64,000 nt of DNA, from contig NC_090395.1 in NCBI RefSeq assembly GCF_036365525.1, positions 65,311,326 to 65,375,325 of the forward strand, written 5' to 3'. This document shows, one piece after another, positions 40,458 to 53,589 of the stretch. The stretch is from Heterodontus francisci. Taxonomy: Eukaryota. Made by a program: the position numbers and the translations under genes. Under the pieces are notes generated by a model. It did not search any database, was not told the origin of the DNA, and saw only the letters and a list, made by a program, of their open reading frames with translations. Within the stretch, counting starts at the first letter, position 1. Each line of letters starts with the position of its first letter.

Positions 40458-41390
40458 CAGAGTCATAGAGTTTTACAGAACAGAAACAGGCCCTTCGGCC
40501 CAACGTATCCGTGCCGGCCATCAAGCACCTAACTATTCTAATCCCATTTTCCAGCACTTGGCCCATAGCCTTGTATGCTAAGGCGTTTCAACTACTTCTT
40601 AAATGTTGTGAGGGTTCCTGCCTCTACCACCCCTTCAGGCAGTGCGTTCCAGATTCCAACCACCCTCTGGGTGAAAAAATGTTTCCACAAATCCCCTCTA
40701 AACCTCCTGCCTCTTACCTTAAATCTATGCCCCCTGGTTATCTAAGAAAAGTGCACTGACATTGGTTAGTCACCAATATGCAATAAAGTTAGCAAAAAAC
40801 ACTATCATTAGTGGTCTGCATTATATGCCACATTCATTAGATGTGTAAAATGCACTTTTGAATGGCCTTGTAACAGAATATGATGCTCTAGATGTATTAC
40901 TCCTTATCTTACACCACTCCTTATCTTACATCTCTGCTAAGGGAAAAAGTTTCTTCCTATCTACCCTCTCTATACCCCTTGTAATTTTGTATAACTCAAT
41001 TAGGTCCCCCCTCAGCCTTCTCTGCTCTAAGGAAAACAACCATGGCCTATCCAGTCTTTCTTCATAGCTGAAATGCTCCAGCCCAGGCAATGTCATGGTG
41101 AATCTCCTCTGCATCCTCTCCAGTGCAATCACATCCTTCCTTAGTGTGGTGCCGAGAACTATACACAGTACTCCAGCTGTGGCCTAACTATTGTTTTATA
41201 CAGCTGATTATATCATAACCTCCCTGCTCTTATATTCTATGCCTCGGCTAATAAAGGCAAGTATTCCTTATGCCTTCCTAACCACCTTATCTATCTGTGC
41301 TGCTGCCTGCAGTGATCTATGGACAAGTACACCAAGGTCCCTCTGACCCTCTGTACTTCCAAGGGTCCTATCATCCATTGTATATTTTAT
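40458..41390 (-). mobile_element. CR1 3' fragment carrying a templated insertion
   Basis: CR1 C-terminal ORF pieces; interrupted at 40742-40930. Confidence 0.85.
40742..40918. repeat. 177-bp inverted copy of 39193-39369
   Basis: Reverse-complement match with one mismatch seen. Confidence 0.9.
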
Positions 41391-42458
41391 TGGCCTGGTA
41401 GGAATCAGTTTTTTTTATGAATGCCATCCCTAAACCAGCAGCAATAAAAATAGCATTTGACTTGCATCTGGCTCCGTAATACAGCATAATATAAATTGGC
41501 AGGTAATCCATCGAACCTTATGGTCGTATTTTAAACAAAACCAATTTTGAAATAAATTCAAGCTGTTAGCTGTGCCCAGATGAGATGTTGTGTTAAACAC
41601 CATGTCAGCCACATTGAATCAGCACTCCAGATGAAAGTTTGATACTACAGTAGCTCTTACATTAAATTGTTTACATTAGAACCAACTGAAAAGCAATAGC
41701 CAGTGATAGAAAACAATCCCTGGTCTCCCCTATAGTTCATCGAGCAGGTGGACTAAGCAACAAGGCCCATGAAGCTTCCAGGTTCCTGCACTGCCGAGTT
41801 ATCGAAGATTAGTTGAGATAGCAGATGGGGTGACACAATTACTTTCAGTGCCTCTGGGTCAGGAAAGGGAAAAATAATTACATAATCAAAGACTCCTGCT
41901 GGAAATGTGCATGTACAAACATAGGACAGATTTGAGGGCAGATTTGGGTTTAGCTGCGAGGCAACCTGGGGTCAAATAGATTTCTGATGATGTCAAGGCT
42001 CACGCATGAATAGTGGACACAAGAGGATTCATTTCCCAGCAATGAGTCAACAGCTTCGGGAAAGAAAAGGTGAAAACTAGCAGGGTCAATAGATATAACA
42101 AGAAAGCATGTTTATTTTTTGGAAACACTCTGCTGACTAAACCTGTTTCCCAATATTCTTCTGCAGTGTGAGAGCTCTGACTTTGAGCTATTTGTTAAAG
42201 AGGACTTGGATCAATGTCTTTGTCCTCCTTCCTAGAAACAGTGGTCAACCAAAGCCACTACTCCAGGCTGGGATCTATGTTTTGATCTTGTCCAGAGGGC
42301 TTGGGACAACCCCTGAAAGATAAGCATCAGACTGTTGTATTTCTCCTATTTGTGTTAGAGCAGGCAGCGATCCATCAATATTGAGCAACAGGGTTCTGTT
42401 CTGGAATGCTCAAAAGAATATGAGTTTCATTCATTTACTTATTGATTCATAAAATTAC

Positions 42459-42537
42459 CTTTTATTTTTCCCGCTGATTTTTTTCTGAACTTCATTTGAC
42501 AGTATTGGTGTCAGAAGAGTTGTTGTTGCTGTAACAG
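42459..42537 (-). CDS. Gene A stalk exon
   Basis: gcttttacag|CT VTATTTLLTPILSNEVQKKISGKNK AG|gtaatt; phase 1-2 bridges V2 and TM. Confidence 0.75.
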
Positions 42538-42945
42538 CTGTAAAAGCAATAACCAAGTAAGTGTTTTGCTGATGTAAAAGTTTATGTCCGGTTTCCTGCA
42601 CATTGGGACAAAAATATCCTTTTTGCTTTGGCTGAATTTCTTTCAGCTTGTACTGTACTCGAAACAACATTACACAGAGTTTTCTGTGATCTAGGCTCTG
42701 CAATACACAGAAAATACATGGTATGCTATGTCAGATGATTGTCAATTGAACTGCATGGGGAGGTGATCCCGGACACACTGGTGTTATCACAATGTTAATG
42801 TCGGCTGGATGTGAAACATTCAACAACAACAACTTGCATTTATATAGCTCCTTTAATGTAGTAAAACACCACGTGGTGCCAACTCCAATTTTCACAGATG
42901 GATCACATGGAGGTATAAACCACCCTGTCAGTGTCAAAGATTGCC

Positions 42946-43782
42946 TGTATTCAATATTGATAAAGGGACCAGCTGTTTCTTAGAGCTTTTTGGGGAAGGG
43001 CGAAAGGACATTCATTGAGAGCCATTGATTTTGTAAGAGACAAACCTCCACCACCTCCCCCCCACCCCCCACCTCCCCCCTACCAATGAGTGTGGCTGGA
43101 GAATTTTTGAAATCAACAATCCTCCCCAGAAGATGTTGTTTCAAACAAAGAGCTGGTCACATGACTTACTCGCTGGCCATCCTGGGAACTGTTTGAATTG
43201 TGCCTCGCAGAAAGGTTTGGGGCAGACTGCAATTTGAAGACAAAAGATAAGGGAGCTCTCTCCCTGTCTCTCCATCTTAAACAAAGTCCCAGGGACCCAT
43301 GGTAGCAGCTTAAGCCTCAAGACAGAGGACCTCTTCAGATTTCTGGTACCAGAGAAGCCAGTTTGAAAGTGTGTACTGGGCCCCAGCAAGAACTGCAAGA
43401 CCTTAACTCTAATCAAGGACTTTACGTCAAACCAAAAGACAGTAACTGAATTCCATTTACTACTCCAAACCTCTTTCTCCCCCCTCTGTCCCTATTTGTG
43501 TGTGTATTTATTTCGTATGGATGCTAACATGGTTGTGTCGTGTATTTTAGTAATTTTAACCGGGCTAGAGTGGTAAGGTTCATAAATTTACATCTTTCTT
43601 GTTTAAACCTAAGGAAACCTGTCTGATTGGTTCATTGGCAATTACAATTAGAGAGCAGTGAGCAAGGACTCACTGAGGTGAAGCTAAAAACACTGTGTTT
43701 TTAAAAGTTAAACCCTATTACAGCCAAACCAGGAAAGAGGCAAGAGGGGAGCCTGAGACCCCTTCCTCACCTGGTCAGAACA
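42946..43782 (+). mobile_element. Solo LTR related to 38015-38908 (5' end uncertain)
   Basis: Shared CTTTCTTGTTTAAACCTA...CTCACCTGG..AACA terminus. Confidence 0.55.
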
Positions 43783-44899
43783 GGCCCATCTGAACCATCT
43801 TGGTGATCACATGGGCTGGTTGAAATTAGGTCAATTATCACCTTAAATGGATATTGGATTCGGTTGTTTTTATACTTTATCAAGATCAAATTCTGTCGCA
43901 GATTAAATTCCTTTATTATTACTCAAATAATCTATCACTATTTAAGGACTTACACAGTTTAGATTTGAGAGATTCATTAGTAATAGTTACTGCTGGCTGT
44001 TATGTATGTTTGCTTCCTCTCTCTCAGGGTCAGTGACCCACATTCCAGGCAGCTGAAAGTAGTGTTGTTCCGAATACCTAGTCCTTTCCAATCTCTTAGT
44101 CACATCAGTACAACAGCCTACATTTCCATAGGAAAATGCTGCTGGCATTTAGTGACCCACAATGGTGCTTGTCAGATTGAACACTTCTGCTTTTCTCTTC
44201 TGTGGCAGTAGATTTCTCCTATGTCTATACACGTGCTATTCAATGACCTTTTGAGAGAAAAGAAAAATTTGAGCTGAATAACTATATTAAAAAGGGGTAT
44301 GTGGCTTTTATTATATAATTTTTATGTGTTGATCGTGTGGCTCATCTGCATAAAACTAGAAAAAAATGTGATCCTATATGCTCTGGGTCTGCACCATCAT
44401 TGTGCCTACATTTTTAAACTGAATTTTAGAACCAACATGTTGCCTTTACCCTCAGGAGGAGGTTAAGAAACCATATACATTTTAATGCATTCAGCAAATA
44501 CCAACTAAATGATGAATACCAATGACAGATGTGAGTCGTACTAAATTAACTGACAGTTGAGCTGTACATTGTTGCATATTTAATGGTGGTACCTCCATAC
44601 GCAGAATTAATACTAAAATATCACTTGCTCTGAGGAATTATAGTTTATGACAATGGCTACAAGTCACATCTAAGCCAGTAGAGAAACCATCCTCATGTAA
44701 ATTGTACATTATCTTATTTCCGATTGGAATGAACAAATAGATAAGAATAATAGCATGTAGCAATTGGCAGAACTTTAAACTGATGAAATGAGTTAATTTA
44801 ATTTAATTAATGACTCCACAACAGAAAAGCACATAAAAATGGTATAAAGCCGCACACCTTATTACAGCTAATATAAATAGCTACTCTACTGAAACTTTT

Positions 44900-45250
44900 A
44901 ATAATCTTTAAAGTTATGAAGGGATTTGATAGGGTCGATGTAGATAAACTGTTTCCACTTATGGGAGATTCCAAAACTAGGGGCTGTAAATATAAAGCAG
45001 TCAGTAATAAATCCAATAAGTATTCAGAAGAAACTTCTTTACCCATGAAGTGATGAGAATGCCGTGAATTGTAGAGATGCATTTAAAGGAAAACTGGATT
45101 AATATATGAGGGAGAAAGCAATAATAAGATATGCTGATGGGATCAGATGAAGTGGGATGGGAGGAACCTTGTCTGGTACATAAAAACTGACATAGACCGG
45201 TAGGGCTGAATGGCTTGCTTTTGTGCTGTAAATTCTATTGAATTTTATGT
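44900..45250 (+). mobile_element. Degenerate CR1 3' fragment
   Basis: CR1 3' motifs (GGGCTGAATGGC..TGTGCTGTA..TTCTAT). Confidence 0.6.
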
Positions 45251-45373
45251 ACTATGACACTGAAATTAGGCTTGGGTTTCATGCATATCCGTCCAAAGTC
45301 GATAGGGAAGGCAATGAGCAAAGGTAACAAGATGGAGACACTGGTTTTCCTGCTGGAATTAGTCAAAATGTAA

Positions 45374-45804
45374 TTTTTTTATTCGTTCAGGGGATATGGG
45401 CGCCACTGGCTAGGTACTGCCCATCCCTAATTGCCCTTGAGTAGGTGGTGGTGAGCTGCCTTCTTGAACTGCTGCAGTCCTTGTAGCAGTTTGATACAAC
45501 TGAGAGACTCGCTAGGCCATTTAAGAGTCAACCACATTGCTGTGGATCTGGAGTCACAAGTAGGCCAGACCAGATAAGGACAGCAGGGTTCCTTCCCTAA
45601 AGGACATTAGTGAACCAGATGGGTTTTTACATCATAAAGCAATGGTTTCACAATCACCACTAGACTAGCTGTTTAATTCCAGATATATTAATTGAATTCA
45701 AATTCCACAATCTGCCGTGGTGGGATTTGAACCCATGTCCCCAAAGCATTAGCCTGGGGCTGTGAGTTACTAGTCTAGTGACATTACCACTATGCCACCG
45801 CCTT
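45374..45804 (-). mobile_element. tRNA-derived SINE (MER131/Meta-like core) sharing head and tail with the 16064-19355 LINE
   Basis: A box TGGCATAGTGG, B box GGTTCAAATCC, core AAACCCATCTGGTTCACTAATGTCCTTTAGGGAAGG, LINE tail, poly(A). Confidence 0.85.
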
Positions 45805-46489
45805 CCCTTTAGCCTGTTGAGGGTCCTAGGCTTCCCCTATCGGACGTGTAAGGTACATGCCAATTTTTCACCTGTAATTTCAGGTAGCCACCTCTGTTTT
45901 GCTTCTATAGTTTCAGGTTGCCTATCCCAAATATTGTCCCTGGGGCTAGGGAAAGGATCATTGTCCTGGGTCCCATCCTGTTGTACTTCTGGCATGGGGC
46001 CAAGAACTTAGCGATGTTGGGCCCTAAATATGATACAGGCATGTTAGCAAGATTCACACTGAATTACATTTGTTATAAACTAACCTCAGCAGAGGACATT
46101 GTGCCATTTCGAAATAATTTTGAGATTGATAAATTGAGGAACTGAGCTTAACCAAAAATCACAAGTAAGCCAATTTGAGAAATAAGGTCAGTTGCCAATT
46201 TGTTTACCGCAGCAGAGATGTCTCAACTAACTACAGAAAGACAAGTCAGCACTGCAGAAATGAGGCACTTTTTCCTATAGCCAAACATGCTGGTTTCAAG
46301 CACTCCCAAATCAACACAAGATACAGAGTAAGATGGCTTCAGATCTGTCCCAACAGGATGTCGGAACGACAGCCGTAAAAAAAAAACTGGTGCTCTGGTG
46401 AACTGGGACACATGTTTTGCACATCAACCTTTCTTATAATCTTTAAGAGATGCTCTACAGACAGTTTTATTTCAACGATCTTCATCACT

Positions 46490-46745
46490 CCACCATTGGT
46501 GGCTGTGACTTTAGCTCCCAAATTCCTATGCTCTAAAATTCCCTCCATGAACCTCCCCATTTCTCTATCATTCTCTCCTCCTTTAAGATACTCCTTAAAA
46601 CCTACCTCTTGGATCAAGCTTTTGGTCACTTGTCTTAAAATCTCCTTATGTGGTTCAATGTCAAATTTTGCCTGATAATGCTCCTGTGAATCAGTTTGGG
46701 ATATCTTACGACATTTAAGACACTATATAAATGCATGTTGTTATT
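46490..46745 (+). mobile_element. L2-like 3' fragment
   Basis: Ends CACTATATAAATGCATGTTGTT. Confidence 0.6.
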
Positions 46746-47214
46746 ATACTGTGCATACTAGGAACTGAAATTAAGCAAACATTGTACCTATATTTCAAAA
46801 AAAGAGATGAATCTGATCCAGGTTTGCAGGCCTAAAATCAATAAAAGGTAAAATAATGGAAACTATTCTAAGGACATGGCCCGTGGCAATGTGGAGAAGT
46901 AAATGGAAAAGCAAATAGAATTTTGAGACTCATTGCCAGAACATGGAATGCCATGCAACAGAAGGCATGCTGATGTCTTCTAGTGCATTCATTCTTAGCT
47001 TTTGCCATCAGATCACTATCTAGTCCAATGCATTGGCAGAATTGCATGTGTGTGTACATCACGACACCCCAAATTCCATGGGCATGGCCAATGCTCAGGG
47101 TGAACATCCAGATATGTTGCTGCGTAATAGTAGCAGGCACTTAACGGAGGAAGGAAAATCTTTAGAGTGTCACCATATTGCTCTGAGTGGGCAACGCACA
47201 GGCCAGTTGGGCCT

Positions 47215-47892
47215 AACATCAACATCCGGTGGACACCATTGACCAGAAATCTATCTGGACCAGCCATATAAATACTGTGACTACAAGAGCAAGTCAGAAG
47301 CTGGGAATTCTGTGGCGAGTAACTCAGTTCTTGACTCCCCAAAGCCTGTCTAGCATCTACAAGACACAAGTCAGGAGTGTGATAGAATAGTCCTCACTGG
47401 CCTGGATGACTGTAGCTGCAACAACACTCAAGAAACTCAACACCATCCAGGACAATTAAGCAGCCTACTTGATTGACACCCATCCACCACCTTAAACATT
47501 CACTCCCTACATCACCGGTGCACAGCGGCAGCAGTGTGTACCATCTACAAGATGCACTGCGCAACTCACCAAGGCTCTTTCGACAGAACCTTCCAAACCC
47601 ATGACCTCTGCCACCTAGAAGGACTAGGGCAGCAGATGCATGGGAACACCACCATCTGCAAGGTCCCCTCCAAGCCACACACCATCCTGAATTGGAACTA
47701 TATTGCTGTTCCTCCACTGACTCTAGGTCAAAATTCTGCAACTCCTTCCCTGTGGGTCTACCTATGCCACACGGACTGGAGCAGTTCAAGTAGGTGGCTC
47801 ACCACCACCTCCTCCTCAAGGGCAGTTAGGGATGGGCAATAAATGTTGGCCTTGCCAGCAACTCTCACATCCCATGAACAAATAAATAAAAA
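47215..47892 (+). mobile_element. 5'-truncated copy of the tRNA-headed LINE family
   Basis: Colinear with about 18680-19355; A-rich tail. Confidence 0.85.
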
Positions 47893-48419
47893 TATTTAGT
47901 AGCCTTATTTTTTCATTTTGATCTAGGAATGCTGGTCCCCCTCTGGCACTTGTTCCATTAGAAGTTACATTATGGGACCCAGGACAATGGCTACACCTGC
48001 TGTCAGTAGACATGGAGGTGTTTCTCCTGGGATTCCTGAGGAAACTAGTTATGCATTCTAGACACTCCCCGCCTAGTTTCTGCTGAGATGGAAGACTGCG
48101 GAGGGTGGGAGGGCTTTGGTAGAAGAAATTCCTGACCCACTTGGCTGAATTTGACCCCTCCCTGTAAATGGGGCAGAAACCTGATGGATCCATTTTCTAC
48201 TCGCAGAATTCCAGCACCTCCACCTGTACTGGAGCAAGCGGAATCTCCACTGTATAAAAACGTCTTCACTAACGGATCAAACAAATTACAATAAGCCTGT
48301 CAAAAAATGCTTTTTTTAAAAAAAAAGAGCATCGCAATAGACCCTCTTAGCAGAACATTTAACACTTTATTTAAGTATATAGGAATTACTCATTGGGACG
48401 AAACGAATGTTTATCTTAC

Positions 48420-48740
48420 GTTCAAGAACGTTCAGTTGTAGGGGAACCATGTCGTAGCCGATCACTGTTATGCCGCACCAGTAAGATCCCGCATCTTCCA
48501 TGGATAATTCGGTCAAGGTTATGGCAAACACTCCACTGGTCTGGTTATCTGTAGCAATTATCCTTCGGCCCCTGTTTACATCCAGTTTTTGAGTTCTAGC
48601 AATCACACTGCACAATTTCCTCTCTGACCCCTTGCACAAGTACTTCTCGTAGTCCTTGTAATATGATACTGGATAGTGACACCTTAAGGTGACAGCTTCT
48701 CCTAAAGTCCCATTCACTTGTCTTGACCCAGTTAATCTGT
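48420..48740 (-). CDS. Gene A Ig V-set domain 2 (CD300/pIgR-like)
   Basis: ctcgcag|AC RLTGSRQVNGTLGEAVTLRCHY..KYLCKG..C..DAGSYWCG..LNVLE C|gtaag; 321 bp, phase 1-1, open. Confidence 0.9.
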
Positions 48741-49050
48741 CTGCGAGAATAGAGAACAATATATAATTGCTTAAGGTCATGAAGAGCACCTGCTGGCAAT
48801 ATAGTGTGACAGCTATCTCAGAATCGAGGTATTTTACAGCACAGATGGGGGCCATTCAGCCCATCATGCCTATGCTGGCTTCCTGAAAGAGTTGTCCACT
48901 TATCCCATTCCCTTCGCTCCATAGACTTATCAAATGTTCCTTTCAAGGATGCTCGGATCCTTTCTGCTTTACAAGTCAAACAGAACCCTGAAAGATCTTA
49001 TGAAGTGACAGTGATAGATAATTCATTTGTTTTTAAGCCAAACAGTTCAC

Positions 49051-49141
49051 CTTGGTGGACAGTTTTAGGACTTATTCTATGTTCAACTTCACCTTTGAAC
49101 ACTAAAGCATCTTCCAGCATTTCTGTCACTTCAGTTATAAC
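49051..49141 (-). other. Putative gene A inter-domain linker exon 2
   Basis: ttctttag|VITEVTEMLEDALVFKGEVEHRISPKTVHQ G|gtgaac, phase 0-1. Confidence 0.4.
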
Positions 49142-49790
49142 CTAAAGAATTATTTAAAAAAAATTGCATATATAACAAATCATATCAGAGTGAGAGGAAA
49201 GAACAGTCTATAATAAAAATGTGCAAATGACAAAGTGTCAGGATTTAGTTGAAAATTGGACACATGTATTTCTTTGTAATTTTTCTAATGGTGCTAAGTA
49301 GATCTACATGTGTATTCTGTTTTAGTTCCAATATCTGAGCTCTCTATTTACCCACCTTTGAGTATGAACTTTCCTCCATGTCAACTGCCAGCTCATTGAA
49401 CTGTCAACTGGTCAGCACTCTACAAGGAATAGCAGCTTCATCGCCAGGATTGGAGCTTGTCAACATGAACCTGCCAGTCACAAGGGACAGCTGCAGACTG
49501 GCAGAGCCAATTCGATGAGTTGGAGAGAGAACTGATGGTTAATGGAGTCTTATTTGGTTGTGCGCAAATTTCTCCAGGAAAACATGCCCCAAACATTCCT
49601 TAAAAAATACATTACCAAGTTTTATCTTCAACATCTTCAGCCTTTCATGTGCTTATGTTCTTTTTCTACAAATATAAATGAAGGACAGATGGATTTGCCA
49701 ACTGCTTCAGTTATAAAGGCTTGTAATAATGGTATAGATTTTTGCCTGCCTCTTATTGAGGAATGAAACTCTGACTAAAATTGTTCTCAC

Positions 49791-49850
49791 CTTGAACATC
49801 TCTTCGAATTCAACTAATTTCCTTGAATTTGGAAAGGGTTACAATGGGAC
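49791..49850 (-). other. Putative gene A inter-domain linker exon 1 (frameshifted or stop-containing)
   Basis: aatgcag|GTCCCATT...TTCAAG|gtgaga, 60 bp; TGA in the phase-1 frame. Confidence 0.4.
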
Positions 49851-50602
49851 CTGCATTTGAACAATATGTAGAATACGGTTTTTAACAACTCTACTTGGAT
49901 CCCCCACTCTGACCTTGAGAATGTAATTAACTATGCTTCCAATTTCCACCATTCCTCGCTTTCATACGATTCTTCTCTGATTATTTCCTTCCCTCTATTT
50001 CTGTCTGCCTGTCTCTCTGTTGATGGGCATTCCACAGATGCCAGCGACGACCTGGAATATGCTACTTCCCACTCCTTTTCCTGTCAGGCTCCGTCCCTTC
50101 TTCCAAGTTTCTCCATCCACAATCACAACTCTGCTGTGCTGACTCCACCTTTTGCAGCAGAGCAAAAACACCCTTCTTCCTCAGTTATGTCCATTGCATT
50201 TCCATGTGTCTCTGCTCTCACCCTTCCTCCTCCTTCTGCAGCAATAGGAGTCCTCTGTTTAACTTTCAGTTTTAAGATTCTATCCAAAACATTAACTTAC
50301 ATTTTCTCTCTACAGATTGTGACTGATTGAATATATAGAATTGCTGTTTTTATTTCAGATTTCCAGCATGTTATTTTTTGATCATTTAACACAATTTTAA
50401 TGCAATTCTTCTGAACTATCAGCCAAATGTATGGGTTGCTTATTTTTCCTGAACATGTATTTTAAATCTGAGAATCTTTTTATTAATCTCTGAGCAAGAC
50501 TAAGAATGTTTTCTGTTTAAACAGATAAGAGCCACAGGGAATACTTCATTTCTTGGAATGCTTATCCTGTACTTGAAGTAAATAAATGGTGATTCATTTT
50601 AC

Positions 50603-50932
50603 CTTCAAGAACATTCAATTGTACAGGAGCCATTTCATCGCGGCCCAGCATTGTTATCCCACACCAATACCATCCTGCATCTTCGCGTGATAAATGTTTC
50701 ATTGTTACAGAAAATATTCCACTGGTTTGGTTGTCCACAATGAACAGTCTGTTGAATCTTTCCTGCTGTAGTCTTTGAGTGCGAACCATCACTGTGCATG
50801 AATATCTCTGTCCTCCTTTACACCAGTACTTCTCGGAATTCCTGTTACTTGGTGTGCTGTATTGACAGTTGACAGTGATGGATTCTCCCAGATTTCCGTT
50901 CACAATCCTTGGTCCCACTATTCCGTGTGAAC
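50603..50932 (-). CDS. Gene A Ig V-set domain 1 (CD300/pIgR-like)
   Basis: ttccaacag|GT SHGIVGPRIVNGNLGESITVNCQY..KYWCKG..C..DAGWYWCG..LNVLE G|gtaaa; 330 bp, extra C-C' disulfide pair. Confidence 0.9.
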
Positions 50933-51859
50933 CTGTTGGAACAGAAAGCAATCGGTTGTGTCCTGACCATGCATTTGAAGAAAGCATGGATGAGGGAAAA
51001 ACCGCTCGATTTAGTGGATTCTTCCACTGACCATTTATAACTTGGCCTATCGTGGGCAACTGAGTGAACACTTTTTGACAAGATCCTTTTTGCTGACAAA
51101 TCACTAGAGTGCAAATTCCCTGAAACGCCTTACTGAAATATTAGTACTACATGTTGAATTTGTAACAATTTGTCCCGATGTCTGTAAGGATTTGGACACC
51201 TTGTTAGTTTTCAGCACTAAGTCCTTCCTCCAATCTTATTACTTTGGTTACACTCTGTCAGAATTCCTCCTCCCATCTGCATGAAAAATGGGAAGTAAAA
51301 TATTGAAAAGTAAACACATACCTTTACCAATTATTCAACTCAACAGCGATGTTGACTCTGTTAAATCGATAGTAAGCATAAATGAATACTTGATGGTTCA
51401 GTGGGGCTGCTTTTCATTCCCCTGCCGGGCGGGAATAAGCAGTTGCAGGATTAAAATGACAGCACAGCACTGACCATCAAATTCATGTCAGCATCTGGGT
51501 CACCATCATTTTTCCAGGGGCTTTGAAACGGATGGCCCAAGTGCCTGCCAGAAACATGACGTCAATAGGACCCAGATGCAATTTCACATTCCCAGTGTGT
51601 GGTGCATGAGTCGCATACCTAGGTCCATTGGTACTTGGTATTGAGTAGTCTAACCAGCAGTCCTTAAAGGGATACTGCAGCCCACTCAAACAAAGTATTA
51701 CAAAAAGGGATTTAAATGATTTCTATTGGTTGAGAAGGAGCATTAAAGCTCCCTCTGGCCGCTTAAATATTGCCCGCTCACCGACTTGTCTGACTTTCTG
51801 CAGGGCTCCTCCTCCCTTTAAATCACTTCCGCCAAGCTGCACTCTGGAGTAGAGATGCC

Positions 51860-52420
51860 AGGGGCTGGATTTTCATTCTGGGGTCAGGACCTTGACATCG
51901 GGTACATTTTCGGCTCCCGACCCTGCATCATGCGGCGCCTGAGGCCTGATGTGATTTTTGAATGGCTGGCCAATTAACGGCTCGGGTGCGTGCTCACCAT
52001 CCATTGAAGGATGGCGGACTGGCAGGGTGGGGGAGGGGGGGTCTCCCGAGGCTAGTGGGCCAATAGGAGGCCCTCGAGCCCTGAGAAATCGGCATCCCCA
52101 TCGCCAGAGGTAGGGCTGCCGATGTAGATAGGAGAAAATGGAGGCACCCTCTGAAAAGCTTTTAACAAGGATGATATTTATACTGGATACAGCCGCCAGG
52201 CCATCCTCACGTAGGGGAAAATGTCTCCACAGGGTTGCCTGCGTCTGCAACTGTAGCCATCTCATGGTTGTGGCCACGGTGGTGGGAGGTGTGCAGGGGG
52301 GTTGTTAAAGATGTTACATGGAGTGTTGGACTCCCTGTCTGCCGCCAGGAATCTGCCTCCATTCATCGGCCGGGTTTCGGCCTTGGTAGGGGCTCAATTG
52401 CCGACTAGAAAATTCCAGTG
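51860..52420. mobile_element. GC-rich MITE-like element
   Basis: GGGGCTGGATTTTC...GAAAATTCCAG imperfect TIRs resembling the 23882 MITE. Confidence 0.45.
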
Positions 52421-53589
52421 ACTGTCTGCACTGTGCCCTTAATAGGCTCTAAAGGCCTTAAGTAGTTACCCATGGCTTGTGGGCAGTTGCCCATCACTGC
52501 CCATACCCCCAACCATCCACGTCTCAAAAGGCCCAAGGCGGGAACACGCCAGGTATTTGTGGGCCCATCCGCCCCCAGTCGTGCCTCTGTGGCCATTCAA
52601 AATTTTGTCCCAGATGTCCTAACCCTTCTGATTAATGAGCTGCTCCAAAAGTGAGCAGTTGTTGAAGGTGGATGGAGCCTTGGACCACTTCCACCGGGTA
52701 GGTGGCAGGAACACTCTGCCCGCCTCCCACCCGCCTCTTGCCCGTCCACTGCCAAAGGGAATTGCTCACTTGAAAATCTACCCAATCGAACAAAAACTTA
52801 AACTTACACCAACAAAGAGTAAATCTTGCAGATCTTGTATATCATTCCTTCATTTAAAAGTGGTAATTAGCTGAGTATGGTTGATAGTTGGATGCGGGGA
52901 TCAGGAAATCAGTTGAGTAATATGGGGCAAAATGACTAAATAATTGGAGAAGTAAGAGTTCACCAGGAACAAAAAGAACAGAAAATGCTGGAAACACTCA
53001 ACCAGTCAATCGGAGAGAAAGAGGCAAGTTAATACTTTGGGTGCAGACTGTTCCTCAAACCCAAAATGGAATATGAGCAGAATAATGTAACAGATCAATC
53101 TCATTCAAGTAATGGATAGAAGCATTCAGACATTAATGAAGCAAAGAGTGGGTAAATAGCAAAGGAAGTGAGAGGCCTGGGAAAATCCCAGCTGTGGCCC
53201 AGATGTGCACCGTGTGAGAGGAGGTGATTGGGCAGAAGTTCCATCTCCTGCTTCTGCATGGGAAAACACCAATGAAAGGACAATTGGAATTAAGCCTCCT
53301 ACTTACTTTGCTGTTGTACATTCTTTGTTTCTTTAAAGCCTTAATACTTCTACCCATTATTTGACAATTATTTGCAACATCACACGATTCTTCTGTTTGT
53401 TATATACAACTTCTGCCCTCCTTTCTATGGTTGTGGTGAGTTGCTTGGCTGCATTGCTTAAGTAGGGTCCGCAGCTGAAATGTTGGGGCAGAATTTGGTG
53501 GGAAAATAAAGGTGAGTTTAATGTGCACGCCATTCTTAGTGTGAGCTCATTGATCATTCCTTACGGAGCTGATTGTCCAAGATGCCATA

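Noticed and set aside
41395-41470. Hydrophobic NAIFIAAGLGMAFI as an alternative TM exon
   Set aside because: Too short, weak acceptor, no donor, and it abuts a CR1.
48420-50932. Rearranging Ig/TCR/IgNAR V segments
   Set aside because: The exons include the G strand and end in splice donors; no RSS seen.
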